A stretch of DNA of 47,679 bases from Acidobacteriota bacterium (GCA_019244185.1 JAFATB010000024.1:1-47679), one strand, 5' to 3'. Shown: positions 29,479 through 39,005, counted from the stretch's first letter. Numbers and translations are program-made. The notes: a model not told the origin generated them from the letters alone.

Positions 29479-29826
29479 TCAGGCCAGCCGCTGGGGAGGA
29501 GGGACGTCGGGCAGGGGAGCGTTCCCGCCATCCGCAATCGCGATGTTCAAGACGATCGTCAGCGGCGCGCGCAGCGGTGCGGCGATGCTCGTCGCGCCCG
29601 GCAGCACCGCGAGCGGCAGCACCGCGAGCGGCAGCACCGCATCATGCGATTCCTGCACGCAGGTGAGCCGCAGGCCGTTCGCGGCGGTGGTGCGATGCAT
29701 CGGACACGAAGTCGATTTGCCGATGCAGCACGGAGCGAGCTGGCACTGCGCGGCCGGCGCATTCACGATCGCGAGCACCGCGGGCGCGAGGAGCGCGAGG
29801 AGGATGGCGGCGGCGCAGGTGCGCAT
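29479..29826 (-). CDS. Cys-rich DUF2946-like small protein / leader peptide
   Basis: Hydrophobic N-terminus, CQLAPCC...CPMH, Pro-rich end PLPDVPPPQRLA; directly upstream of the barrel gene; start 29826 preferred (TACAAT 7 nt upstream). Confidence 0.65.
   Translation of the reverse strand: MRTCAAAILLALLAPAVLAIVNAPAAQCQLAPCCIGKSTSCPMHRTTAANGLRLTCVQESHDAVLPLAVLPLAVLPGATSIAAPLRAPLTIVLNIAIADGGNAPLPDVPPPQRLA
29599..29640. repeat. 15-bp tandem repeat x2.8 (encodes AVLPL)
   Basis: cggcagcaccgcgag cggcagcaccgcgag cggcagcaccgc. Confidence 0.9.
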
Positions 29827-29847
29827 CGCCGCCATTGTAGTAACGAA

Positions 29848-32800
29848 TCAGCCGATCGCGCGTTCCACCAGCGCCTTCTGCTGGTCTTCGTGGCGATGGT
29901 GCGAGCCGGTCGCGGGCGCCGCGGCGAGCGGGCGTCCGACGTACGTGAGCGTTTGGTTCGGGCCGATGAGCGACGCGAGCCGCTCCTGCACGAACGGCCA
30001 GCCGCCCATGTTGCGCGGCTCTTCCTGCACCCACACGATGTCGGTCGCGCCGGGATACTGCGCCAGAGCGTCGGCGAGCAGCTTCTGCGGGAACGGGTAG
30101 AACTGTTCGAGCCGCAGGATCGCGACGTTCGCGCTCGCCTTGTCGCGCGCCTGACGCAGGTCGTAGTAGACCTTGCCCGACGTGATGATCACGCGCCGCA
30201 CGGTGTCGCTCGTGGCGACGTCGAGCAGCACCGGCTCGAAGCGTCCGTCGACGAGCTCGGCGACCGGCGACACCGCCATCGGATGGCGCAGCAGCGACTT
30301 CGGCGCGATCACGATGAGCGGCTTGCGCGGGTTGTTCTTCATCTGCCGCCGCAGCGCGTGTCCGTACTGCGCGGGCGTCGTCGGATAGATGACCTGCATG
30401 TTGCCTTCGGCGCAGAGCGTGAGGAAGCGCTCGAGCCGCGCCGATGAATGCTCCGGTCCCTGACCCTCGTAGCCGTGCGGCAGGAGCATCACGAGCCCGC
30501 TGTGCTGGCCCCACTTCTCCTCGGCGCTGGAGATGAACTGATCGATGATGATCTGCGCGCCGTTCATGAAGTCGCCGAACTGCGCTTCCCACGCGACGAG
30601 CGCGCCGGGATCGGCGACCGAGTAGCCGTACTCGAATCCGAGGACGCCGTATTCGGAGAGCAGCGAATCGTAGACCGCGAAGCTCACCTCCGCGTTCGGC
30701 TCGTTCGTCTCCTGCGACAGCGCGTTGTCCATCACCACAGGATCGGCCACGGGCGAGACGGATTCCTTCACCAGCGCGTTGAGCGGCACGTAGCCGTCGC
30801 CGGTGACGTAGTCGTGGATGATCGCGTGGCGGTGCGAGAACGTGCCGCGTCCGACGTCCTGTCCGGAGAGTCGCACGCGGAAGCCGTCGACGAGGAGCGA
30901 GCCGAACGCGATCTGCTCCGCGGTGCCCCAGTCCATCGGCTCGCGCCCTTCCGCCATCGCCGCGCGCTTCGCGAGCACCGGCTTGAGCTTCGGATGCGGC
31001 GTGAATCCCTCGGGCACATTCGTGAGCGCCGCGCGCACTTTCGCGAGCACGTCTTCGCCGATCGACGTGTCGGGCGACGGCTCGTTCTGGTAGCCGGTCA
31101 CTTCCTCGTCCGTCCAGAGCGGATCGCGCTGCGTCGGCGGCGCTTCCTGCTCCTTCGTGCGGTCGAACGCTTCCTGCAGCTTGGCCTGGAACGCGTCGAG
31201 CCACTGCTCCGCTTCTTCGGGGCTGATGTCGCCTTTGCGCAGGAGCTGTTCGGTGTAGATCTTCCGCACCGAGCGATGCTCCTTGATCAGCTTGTACATC
31301 TTCGGTTGCGTCAGCGACGGCTCGTCGCCCTCGTTGTGGCCCCAGCGGCGGTAGCAGACGAGATCGATGACGACGTCCTTGTGGAACTGCTGGCGGAAGT
31401 CGTACGCGAGCTTCATCGCGCGGATGCACGCTTCCGGATCGTCGCCGTTCACGTGGAAGATCGGCGCCTGCACCATCTTCGCGACGTCGGTCGCATACAC
31501 CGACGAACGCGCGGACTCGGGACCGGTCGTGAAGCCGATCTGGTTGTTGATGACGACGTGGATCGTGCCGCCGGTCTTGTAGCCCTTCAACTGCGAGAGA
31601 TTCAGCGTCTCGGCGACGACGCCCTGGCCCGCGAACGCCGCGTCGCCGTGCAGCAGCACGGGAATGACGAACGAGCGGTTCTTGTCGGCGAGCAGCTTCT
31701 GCTTCGCGCGCACCATGCCTTCGACGATCGGATCGACGGCCTCGAGATGCGACGGATTCGACGCGAGCGAGAGCTTCATCGTCGCGCCGTCGGGAGCGTT
31801 GTGAATGCCGTCCGCGCCGAGGTGATACTTCACGTCGCCGGAGCCCTCGCGGGAGTTCGGATCGATGTCGCCTTCGAACTCGCGGAAGATCTGCTCGTAC
31901 GATTTGCCGAGCGTGTTCGCGAGCACGTTGAGGCGGCCGCGATGGGCCATACCGATCACGCCTTCCACGACGCCGTCGCCCGCCGCTTCCGTGAAGAGGT
32001 AGTCGAGCATCGGAATGACCGACTCCGCGCCTTCCATCGAGAAGCGTTTGTGGCCCACGTACTTCGTGTGCAGGAAGCGCTCGAACGCCTCGGCATCATT
32101 GAGCTTGAGCAGGATGCGGCGTTTCGTCTGCGGGTCGAGCGGCTGCTTGTTGCGCGCCGGCTCCATGCGGTCCTGCAGCCAGCGCTTCTGCACCGTCTCC
32201 TGCATGTGCATGTACTCGGGGCCGATCTTGCCGCAGTACGTTTCGCGCAGCGTGTCGAGGATGTCGCGCAGCTTCGCGGTCTGCTTGCCGCACAGGCCGC
32301 CGCAGACGAAGTCGCGGTCGAGATCCCACAGCGTGAAGCCGTAGAACTGCGGATCGAGCTCGGGATGCCGCGCGACCTTGTAGTCGAGCGGATCGAGATC
32401 GGCGAGCAGATGCCCGCGGACGCGATAGGCGTTGATGAGCTGCAGCGCCGCGGCCTCGCGCGCGACGATCTCGTCGGAGGCGACGCTGCCGAGGGCGAGG
32501 CGGTGGCGGTCTTTCGCCCAGCGGATCGGCTCGTAGGGGATGCGCAGGTCGCGGTAGATGTCGTCGTAGAACGCGTCGGCGCCGAGGAGCAGCTCGTGCA
32601 CGCGGGCGAGAAACGCGCCCGACTCTGCGCCCTGGATGATGCGATGGTCGTACGTCGACGTCATCGTCATCACCTTCGAGATGCCGAGGTCGGCGAGCAC
32701 CGCCGGATCGGAGGCCGAGTATTCGGCGGAGTAATCGATCTGGCCCGTGGCGATGATCGTGCCCTGCGTCTGCATGAGACGCGGCACGGAAGCGACGGTG

Positions 32801-33585
32801 CCGAGCGTTCCGGGGTTCGTGAGCGAGAGCGTGGTGCCTTCGAAGTCGGAGACTTCGAGCGTGTTGTTGCGCGCCTTGCGCACGACGTCGTTGTACGACT
32901 TGAGGAACTGCGCGAAATCGAGCGTGTTCGCGCGCTTGATGTTCGGCACGAGCAGCGAGCGTGAGCCGTCTTTGCGCTCGAGATCGATGGCGATGCCGAG
33001 GTTCACGTCCTCGCGGTCCATGCGCGAGGGAGTGCCGTCGACGAGCGCGAAGGCGGAGTTCATGCGCGGGAACTGGCGGATCGCTTTGACGAGCGCCCAC
33101 GCGATGATGTGCGTGAAGGACCCTTTCGACTGGCCGCTGAGCGTCAGGTGATTGTTGATGACGCGGCGGTTCTCCTCGAGGACTTTGACGGGGATGTTGC
33201 GGATCGACGTCGCGGTCGGAACGGTGAGCGACGTCTCCATGTTCGCGACGATCTTCGAGGCGGCGCCGCGCAGCGCGACGGCGTTGCCGGCGGGCGAGGG
33301 GACGGCGGTGGGGCGCGCGGCGGCGGGAGCGGGGGCGGGCGCCGGAGCCGGAGCCGGCGTGGGACGCGGCGCGGGCGCGGAGACGGTGGCCGTCGTCGTG
33401 GCGCCACCGCTGATGGCTGCGACGCGTTCCTCCGCGCGCTCTTCCTCGTCCTCTTCACCGAGCTGCGGCTCGTAGTCGTGGAAGAACTCCTGCCAGCTCG
33501 CGCTGACGGATTGGGGATCGCTGCGGTACTTCTCGTAAAGCTCTTCGATGAAGGCGATGTTGGCGCCGAAGGCTGCGGATGACAT
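29848..33585 (-). CDS. kgd: Multifunctional 2-oxoglutarate dehydrogenase (E2 catalytic domain fused to E1; Kgd/OdhA type)
   Basis: N-terminal FGANIAFIEELY, E2 motif STYDHRIIQG, GMAHRGRLN, HGDAAFAGQG, WEAQFGDF, LPHGYEGQGPEHSS. Confidence 0.96.
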   Translation of the reverse strand: MSSAAFGANIAFIEELYEKYRSDPQSVSASWQEFFHDYEPQLGEEDEEERAEERVAAISGGATTTATVSAPAPRPTPAPAPAPAPAPAAARPTAVPSPAGNAVALRGAASKIVANMETSLTVPTATSIRNIPVKVLEENRRVINNHLTLSGQSKGSFTHIIAWALVKAIRQFPRMNSAFALVDGTPSRMDREDVNLGIAIDLERKDGSRSLLVPNIKRANTLDFAQFLKSYNDVVRKARNNTLEVSDFEGTTLSLTNPGTLGTVASVPRLMQTQGTIIATGQIDYSAEYSASDPAVLADLGISKVMTMTSTYDHRIIQGAESGAFLARVHELLLGADAFYDDIYRDLRIPYEPIRWAKDRHRLALGSVASDEIVAREAAALQLINAYRVRGHLLADLDPLDYKVARHPELDPQFYGFTLWDLDRDFVCGGLCGKQTAKLRDILDTLRETYCGKIGPEYMHMQETVQKRWLQDRMEPARNKQPLDPQTKRRILLKLNDAEAFERFLHTKYVGHKRFSMEGAESVIPMLDYLFTEAAGDGVVEGVIGMAHRGRLNVLANTLGKSYEQIFREFEGDIDPNSREGSGDVKYHLGADGIHNAPDGATMKLSLASNPSHLEAVDPIVEGMVRAKQKLLADKNRSFVIPVLLHGDAAFAGQGVVAETLNLSQLKGYKTGGTIHVVINNQIGFTTGPESARSSVYATDVAKMVQAPIFHVNGDDPEACIRAMKLAYDFRQQFHKDVVIDLVCYRRWGHNEGDEPSLTQPKMYKLIKEHRSVRKIYTEQLLRKGDISPEEAEQWLDAFQAKLQEAFDRTKEQEAPPTQRDPLWTDEEVTGYQNEPSPDTSIGEDVLAKVRAALTNVPEGFTPHPKLKPVLAKRAAMAEGREPMDWGTAEQIAFGSLLVDGFRVRLSGQDVGRGTFSHRHAIIHDYVTGDGYVPLNALVKESVSPVADPVVMDNALSQETNEPNAEVSFAVYDSLLSEYGVLGFEYGYSVADPGALVAWEAQFGDFMNGAQIIIDQFISSAEEKWGQHSGLVMLLPHGYEGQGPEHSSARLERFLTLCAEGNMQVIYPTTPAQYGHALRRQMKNNPRKPLIVIAPKSLLRHPMAVSPVAELVDGRFEPVLLDVATSDTVRRVIITSGKVYYDLRQARDKASANVAILRLEQFYPFPQKLLADALAQYPGATDIVWVQEEPRNMGGWPFVQERLASLIGPNQTLTYVGRPLAAAPATGSHHRHEDQQKALVERAIG

Positions 33586-33591
33586 GGTGGT

Positions 33592-34296
33592 TTATTTCTC
33601 GGTTGCTTCGACCGTGGTGTGCGAAAGCGACGTCAGGCCCAGCCAGCCGAAGCCGGCGGCGAAGCCACCCAGAACGTCGGACGGAAAGTGTACGCCGAAG
33701 TACACGCGCGAGAATCCGACGCTGAGGATGACCATGCCGGCCAGCGTATGGACCGCGGCCTGGGTCGCCAGTGAATGGCGTTCGACGAGGTAGTGCGCGA
33801 CGATCGGATACGTCGCCGCGGAAAGCAGCGAGTGCCCGCTCGGAAAGCTGTGCGACGCCGGAAGCTTGATGCGCCGCGCCATCTCCTGCGGCCGGCGCCG
33901 CTGATAGATGTTCTTGAGCAGCGTATTGATCGCCATCGCCCCGCCGGTGGAGATAACCACCGTCCACGCGTCCTGCTTCCGCCCGCGGCGCAGCATCATC
34001 AACGCGACGAGTCCCGCGGCGGTGCTGATGCCGGCATGCGAGCCGAGCTGCGTAATGGCGTGCATCGCGCGCGTGACGCCCGGATCGTCGATGCGATGCA
34101 CCGCCTCCATGATGTTCTGATCGTAGAAGTCGGCGTTGCCTTCGACGACGTTGTCGGCCTGTTTGGTGAAGAACCAGAAGGCCAGTCCGGCGAGCAGGAC
34201 GCCGCCGCTGCGGCCGATGGCCAGCGGCAGGAAATGCTGCCGCCGCTTGCCCTTGCGCAAGGGTGGTCGCAGCGGCGTTTTGCGAGGTTTGTTCAC
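33592..34296 (-). CDS. PAP2 family phosphatase
   Basis: KNIYQRRRP, SFPSGH, SRVYFGVHFPSDV; start GTG 34296 chosen. Confidence 0.9.
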   Translation of the reverse strand: MNKPRKTPLRPPLRKGKRRQHFLPLAIGRSGGVLLAGLAFWFFTKQADNVVEGNADFYDQNIMEAVHRIDDPGVTRAMHAITQLGSHAGISTAAGLVALMMLRRGRKQDAWTVVISTGGAMAINTLLKNIYQRRRPQEMARRIKLPASHSFPSGHSLLSAATYPIVAHYLVERHSLATQAAVHTLAGMVILSVGFSRVYFGVHFPSDVLGGFAAGFGWLGLTSLSHTTVEATEK

Positions 34297-34306
34297 GCGG
34301 CGGAGT

Positions 34307-35128
34307 CTATGGCTGCGACTTCGCAAACGCAACGAAGCGGTGTGCCGGCCGCGCATCGCTGCATTTGCGGTAGAAATCGAGCGCATCCGTCCACGGAATC
34401 ACGGCGCGCGCATGGCCGAGCCGATGCAGATCGGCGAGCGACGCGCGCAGGAGCCGGCAGCCGTTGCCGCGTCCGCGCAGCGTCGGCGCGACGCCGGTGG
34501 GACCGAAGAAGCCGAGGCCGCGGTTGTTGACGTCGTGGACCGCGAAGCCTGTGATCTCATTCGCATCCTCGGCGATGAAGATCGTCGGGATCTCGCGGTC
34601 GAATGCCTTCGCCGCTTCGAAGCGCCAGATGCGGCCGAAGGTTTCCTCGACGAACGCGAGCACGCGTTCGCGCTCGTCGTGCGACGGGCGGCGCACGCCG
34701 GCGTCGGCCGCGAACTCGGTGCCGACGTCGAGGTTGTGCGTCCAGCGCGTCTCGAGATAGCCGCGCTTTCGAAAAAACGCCAGCGACGCTTCGTCGGTGT
34801 CGACGATGCCCGGCGTGAAGTAGTTGCCCGCCTCCGCCGCGACGACGACCGCGCCGCGCGCCTCGGCATCCGCGAGCAGTTGCGCGCCGAGTCCCTGGCG
34901 CCGCGCGTCGCGCGCGACGGCGAGGATGCGCAGGAAGCGTCCGCAGGTCACGCTCGCGCCGACGATGCGCGTGTTGCGCTCGATGCAACGCACCTCCGGC
35001 ACGCCCGACACGCCCTCGCCGAAGCACTTTTCCTCGGCGACGCGCACGAGGTCATAGGGCGCGTCGTTCGCGTCGGCGAAGAGCTCGCGCAACGCGGGGA
35101 GGTCGGCAGGAGACGCGGAGCGCAGCAT
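34307..35128 (-). CDS. Tandem-domain GNAT family acetyltransferase
   Basis: ARRQGLGAQLL and LRGRGNGCRLL motifs; start ATG 35128. Confidence 0.85.
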   Translation of the reverse strand: MLRSASPADLPALRELFADANDAPYDLVRVAEEKCFGEGVSGVPEVRCIERNTRIVGASVTCGRFLRILAVARDARRQGLGAQLLADAEARGAVVVAAEAGNYFTPGIVDTDEASLAFFRKRGYLETRWTHNLDVGTEFAADAGVRRPSHDERERVLAFVEETFGRIWRFEAAKAFDREIPTIFIAEDANEITGFAVHDVNNRGLGFFGPTGVAPTLRGRGNGCRLLRASLADLHRLGHARAVIPWTDALDFYRKCSDARPAHRFVAFAKSQP

Positions 35129-35140
35129 AATGGAATTGTG
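35126..35140. promoter_or_regulatory. Putative bidirectional -10 element for two leaderless divergent genes
   Basis: CATAAT-6 nt-GTG on the + strand and CACAAT-6 nt-ATG on the - strand within cataatggaattgtg. Confidence 0.6.
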
Positions 35141-35572
35141 GAACAGCAACTCGCGATCCGCATCGTCGTCGTCGAACCACCGCCGAACGTCCGCTTCGCC
35201 ATGCAGCGCGGACGCGACCAACTGGTCGAGCCGGTCCGCGCCTCCGCGCGCGAGCTGGTCTTCGAGACCACCGTTCGCGTCCGCGACAATCGCCCGGACG
35301 GCCTGCCGAACTTTCTCGGCGAAACCACGCAGGGGCCCGTCTTCGCCCGCTTCGTCTACATCAACTCCGGCGTCATGGCCGGGGACGAAGCCTCGCCATG
35401 GACGCGCCGCGTGAAGGTGCCGCTCTCCGGCATCACGTGGGAAGTGATCGAGAAAGCGCGCAACGGCAAAGTGCTCGAGGCGCGCTTCCGCGGCACCGCC
35501 CGTGACGGCGGACCGGCGGCGGCGACCGTACCGCTGATCGGCGGCTGGAAAGTCACCGCGCGGCCGGCGTAA
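35138..35572 (+). CDS. DUF5990-like protein
   Basis: IRIVVVEPP...FAMQRG...QGP..RFVYINSG...WTRRVKVPL...DGGPAAATV. Confidence 0.75.
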   Translation: MEQQLAIRIVVVEPPPNVRFAMQRGRDQLVEPVRASARELVFETTVRVRDNRPDGLPNFLGETTQGPVFARFVYINSGVMAGDEASPWTRRVKVPLSGITWEVIEKARNGKVLEARFRGTARDGGPAAATVPLIGGWKVTARPA

Positions 35573-35617
35573 CGCGGGCCTCGCGCGACGGCAGGGCTTT
35601 CGCAACAGGCCGCCAGC

Positions 35618-36049
35618 ATGGACGGTCAGGTCATCCGCTGTCCCGCCTGCGGTCAGGCGAACCGCGTTCCGGAGCTCGGCAGCGGAAAGCACGCCGTGTG
35701 CGGGAAATGCAAGACGCCGCTCGATGCTGCCGGTGGACATCCCGTCGAGTTGACGGACGCGGACTTCGCGAGCGCGATCGCGTCCGGCGCGACCGTCGTC
35801 GATTTCTGGGCCGCGTGGTGCGGCCCGTGCCGCATGATCGCGCCGGTCATCGAGGAACTCGCCGCGACGCGCAGCGACGTCCGCTTCGCGAAGCTCAACG
35901 TCGATCAAAACCCGCGCACCTCCGCCGCGTTCAACGTGCAGAGCATTCCGCTGCTGGTCTTCTTCCGCGACGGTGTCGAAGCCGGCCGGCTCGTCGGCGC
36001 GGTCCCGAAACCACAGATCGAAGCGGCGATCCGCCGCTACCTCGGGTGA
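35618..36049 (+). CDS. trxC: Thioredoxin 2 with zinc finger
   Basis: CPAC and CGKC zinc pairs, WCGPC active site. Confidence 0.93.
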   Translation: MDGQVIRCPACGQANRVPELGSGKHAVCGKCKTPLDAAGGHPVELTDADFASAIASGATVVDFWAAWCGPCRMIAPVIEELAATRSDVRFAKLNVDQNPRTSAAFNVQSIPLLVFFRDGVEAGRLVGAVPKPQIEAAIRRYLG

Positions 36050-36053
36050 CGCG

Positions 36054-37145
36054 GTGCCTGTCTACCTCAGACCGACCGACCGCGGACGCTCCGAGCTCGA
36101 GACCTTCACGCGCAAGGTGCTGATCGTCGTCGCGATCGCGATCGTGGTGGCGATTCTTTACGCCGCGCGCGACATCCTCGTGCTCGTCTTTCTCGCGGCG
36201 GTGCTCGCCGCCGGCATCTCGCCGGTCGTGCGCCGCGTGCGCGTGTTCTGGCGCTTCCGCTTCCATCGCAACCTGCGCCGCGGCTCCGCGGTGCTGATCG
36301 TCTATCTGCCGTTTCTCCTCACGGTGCTGGTGCTCGGCATCGTCATCGCGCCGCGCTTCGTGAGCGACATGCGCTCGCTCGGAGCGCAGCTGCCCGCGCT
36401 CGTCGAGCGCAACATCCTTACACCGCTCGAGCGCTACGTGCCGGTGAACGTGATTCGCGAGCAGCTGCGCGGCGGCGTCGCGTTCCCGCGCGCGCGGATG
36501 TTCGCGTACGTGCGCAACGTCGCGACGGTGTTCGCGTCGATGATCGCCGTGCTCTTCATGATCGCGTACATGCTCGTCGACGCGGAGCGGCTGCGGAATT
36601 TGTTTCTGCTGATCTATCCGCCGGAAGTGCGCGGCGACCGCAGGCGCACGCTCAACCGCATGGCCAACCGGATGAGCTCCTGGCTCTCCGCGCAGCTGCT
36701 GCTCTCCGCGATCATCGGCATCGCCTCGTTCGCCGGCTTCATCGTCCTGCGCATTCCGTACGCGCTGCCGCTCGCGATCCTCGCGGCCGTCGGCGAGCTG
36801 ATTCCCGTCATCGGACCGACCGTCGGCGCGGTGCCGGCGCTGGCGATCGCGCTCTTGCATTCGCGCTGGCAGTTCTGGTCCGTGCTCGCGTTCGCGGTGC
36901 TGCTGCAGAAATGCGAGAACCTGCTGATCGTGCCGCGGCTGATGTCGCGGAAGGTGTCGATCTCGCCGCTCGCGGTATTCATCGCGTTCATGATCGGCGC
37001 CTCGCTCCTCGGCATCATCGGCGCGATCCTGGCCATTCCGATCGCGGCCATCACGCAGGTCGCATTCGAGGAGGCGTTCGTCGCGCGGCGCGAGCGGCGG
37101 CAGGACGTCGAGCGCGCCGGCACGCTGCTGCGGAAGGCGGACTGA
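36054..37145 (+). CDS. AI-2E family transporter
   Basis: TM pattern, LIPVIGP, ENLLIVPRLM, GIIGAILAIP; start GTG 36054. Confidence 0.9.
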   Translation: MPVYLRPTDRGRSELETFTRKVLIVVAIAIVVAILYAARDILVLVFLAAVLAAGISPVVRRVRVFWRFRFHRNLRRGSAVLIVYLPFLLTVLVLGIVIAPRFVSDMRSLGAQLPALVERNILTPLERYVPVNVIREQLRGGVAFPRARMFAYVRNVATVFASMIAVLFMIAYMLVDAERLRNLFLLIYPPEVRGDRRRTLNRMANRMSSWLSAQLLLSAIIGIASFAGFIVLRIPYALPLAILAAVGELIPVIGPTVGAVPALAIALLHSRWQFWSVLAFAVLLQKCENLLIVPRLMSRKVSISPLAVFIAFMIGASLLGIIGAILAIPIAAITQVAFEEAFVARRERRQDVERAGTLLRKAD

Positions 37146-37175
37146 GTCGCGTAAGATCTACGGTCCTCGGTCCTT

Positions 37176-39005
37176 ATGAACATTCCCCTCGTCGATCAGG
37201 TGCTCGCTCTCGTCCGCCGCTCCGGCCGCGAGACCGCGCCGCGTAAGCTCGGGCGCGACGACCGCGTGCGCAACGCGTTCACGCAGGCGCCGGTCGGCAT
37301 CGCCTTCGCCTCGCCCGACGGACACTGGCTCTTCGTCAACGACCGCTTCCGCGACATCGTCGGCTACACGCGCGAGGAGCTCGCGCGCGTCTCGCTGCAC
37401 GGCATTACGCATCCCGACGACGCGAAGAAAGAACTGCCGCTGATGAAGAAGCTCGTCGCCGGCGACATCGAGAGCTACCGCCTCGACAAGAAGCTGATGG
37501 CGAAGAACGGCCGCTATCAAAACGTCGAGGTGCTCACCTCGCTCATGCGCGGCGGTGATGGCGAAGTCGATCTGCTGGTCTACATCGTCGATCAGGCCGA
37601 GGCGCCGAAACGGAGCGAGCCCGCGCGCGAGACCGACCGGCTGCTCGCGACGATCGTCGACCAGCTGACGGACGTGGCCATCATCCGCACCGACGAGCAC
37701 GGCGTCATCAACGGCTGGAATGCCGGCGCGGAGCGCGTCCTCGGCTACACGCGCACGGAGATCCTCGGCCGCAACCGCCGCATCCTCTATCGCGACACCG
37801 ACAGCTGGGACAGGCGCTCGACGAAGACGCTGCAGGCCGCGAGCGACAGCCGCGTCGAAATGGACGACTGGCGCGTGACGAAAGGCGGCGCGCACATCTG
37901 GGCGCGCTGCGTCGTGACGCCGGTGAAAGCCGACGGCGAGCTGAAAGGCTTCGTTGAAACGATCACGCCGCCGCAGGTGCCGAAGGGCGTCGACACGGCG
38001 CTGGCGATGGAGCAGTTGCGGGCCGAGCTCGAGAAACGCAAGCGCACCGAGGAGTCGCTGCGGTCCGCGCTCGACGACCTGCGCCGCACCAGCGAAGAGA
38101 CGATGAACGAGCTGCGCATCATGACCGGTGCGCTGCGCGACGAGATCGAGCGCCGCAAGAGCGCGGAAGACGAGCTGCGCCACGTGAGTGAACGGCTGGC
38201 CGCGGTGCCGGAGCCCGCGCCCGAGCCTCCGCCTGTGTACGAGGAAGAGATCGTCCTCGAAGCCGCGCCCGAGCTCACGTGGCAGAACGTCGCCGAGACG
38301 ACGATGGCCGAGGTGCTGCGCGCGCAGGCGCTCATCGAGCGCACGGGCACGCTCCTCGTCAGCAACGGTCCGCGCGACAAGGAAGTGTTCTTCGACGCGG
38401 GGCGGATCTTCTCGTGCGCGTCGAACGATCCCGACAAGTTCCTCGCGCAGCGGCTCGTCGCGCACGGCGTGATCTCCGAGGATCAGCGCGAGCGCGCGCT
38501 GGAGATCAAGCAGGCCTCGCAGCTCGCCCTCGGCCGCATTCTCCTGCTCCTCGGCGCGATCGACGAGACGCAGCTCATCGACGCGATGCGGACGAAGGTC
38601 GAAGACGAGATCGCGGAGCTGCTGACGTGGAAGGAAGGGCGGTACGTGTTCGTGGAAGGCGACGTGCCGTCGCTGCAGCTCGTGCCGCTGCGCCTCGACG
38701 TGGAGACGCTGATCGCGCCGAAGCCGCTGCGTGAAGCGGAGCCGGAGCCCGCGCCGCAACTCGAGCTCGCGCTCGAACTGCCCGTGTCCGCACCGGAGCC
38801 CGAGGCCGCACCCGAGCCGGCACCCGTGGCGGTCGCGGACGTTGCACCGCCCGCCGCCCCTCCGCCCGCCCTCTTCGTCGCCTCGACGAAGTCGCGCAAG
38901 GTGCATCAGGCGACGTGCACCAGCGCGAAGCGCATTACGGGCGCGGCGCGCGTCGAGCTCGCGTCGACCGAGGGATACGAGCGCTGCCGGCTCTGCTTCC
39001 GTTAA
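37176..39005 (+). CDS. PAS-PAS-coiled coil-DUF4388 protein with C-terminal Ada-like Zn finger
   Basis: PAS (ITHPDD; WNAGAERVLGY), heptad region, RTGTLLV...VFFDAGRI...LGRILL...WKEGRYVF, FVASTKSRKVHQATC...GYERCRLC. Confidence 0.8.
   Translation: MNIPLVDQVLALVRRSGRETAPRKLGRDDRVRNAFTQAPVGIAFASPDGHWLFVNDRFRDIVGYTREELARVSLHGITHPDDAKKELPLMKKLVAGDIESYRLDKKLMAKNGRYQNVEVLTSLMRGGDGEVDLLVYIVDQAEAPKRSEPARETDRLLATIVDQLTDVAIIRTDEHGVINGWNAGAERVLGYTRTEILGRNRRILYRDTDSWDRRSTKTLQAASDSRVEMDDWRVTKGGAHIWARCVVTPVKADGELKGFVETITPPQVPKGVDTALAMEQLRAELEKRKRTEESLRSALDDLRRTSEETMNELRIMTGALRDEIERRKSAEDELRHVSERLAAVPEPAPEPPPVYEEEIVLEAAPELTWQNVAETTMAEVLRAQALIERTGTLLVSNGPRDKEVFFDAGRIFSCASNDPDKFLAQRLVAHGVISEDQRERALEIKQASQLALGRILLLLGAIDETQLIDAMRTKVEDEIAELLTWKEGRYVFVEGDVPSLQLVPLRLDVETLIAPKPLREAEPEPAPQLELALELPVSAPEPEAAPEPAPVAVADVAPPAAPPPALFVASTKSRKVHQATCTSAKRITGAARVELASTEGYERCRLCFR

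Noticed and set aside
33300-33380. GCCGGA-type short repeats in kgd
   Set aside because: They encode the ordinary Pro/Ala linker of Kgd/OdhA proteins.
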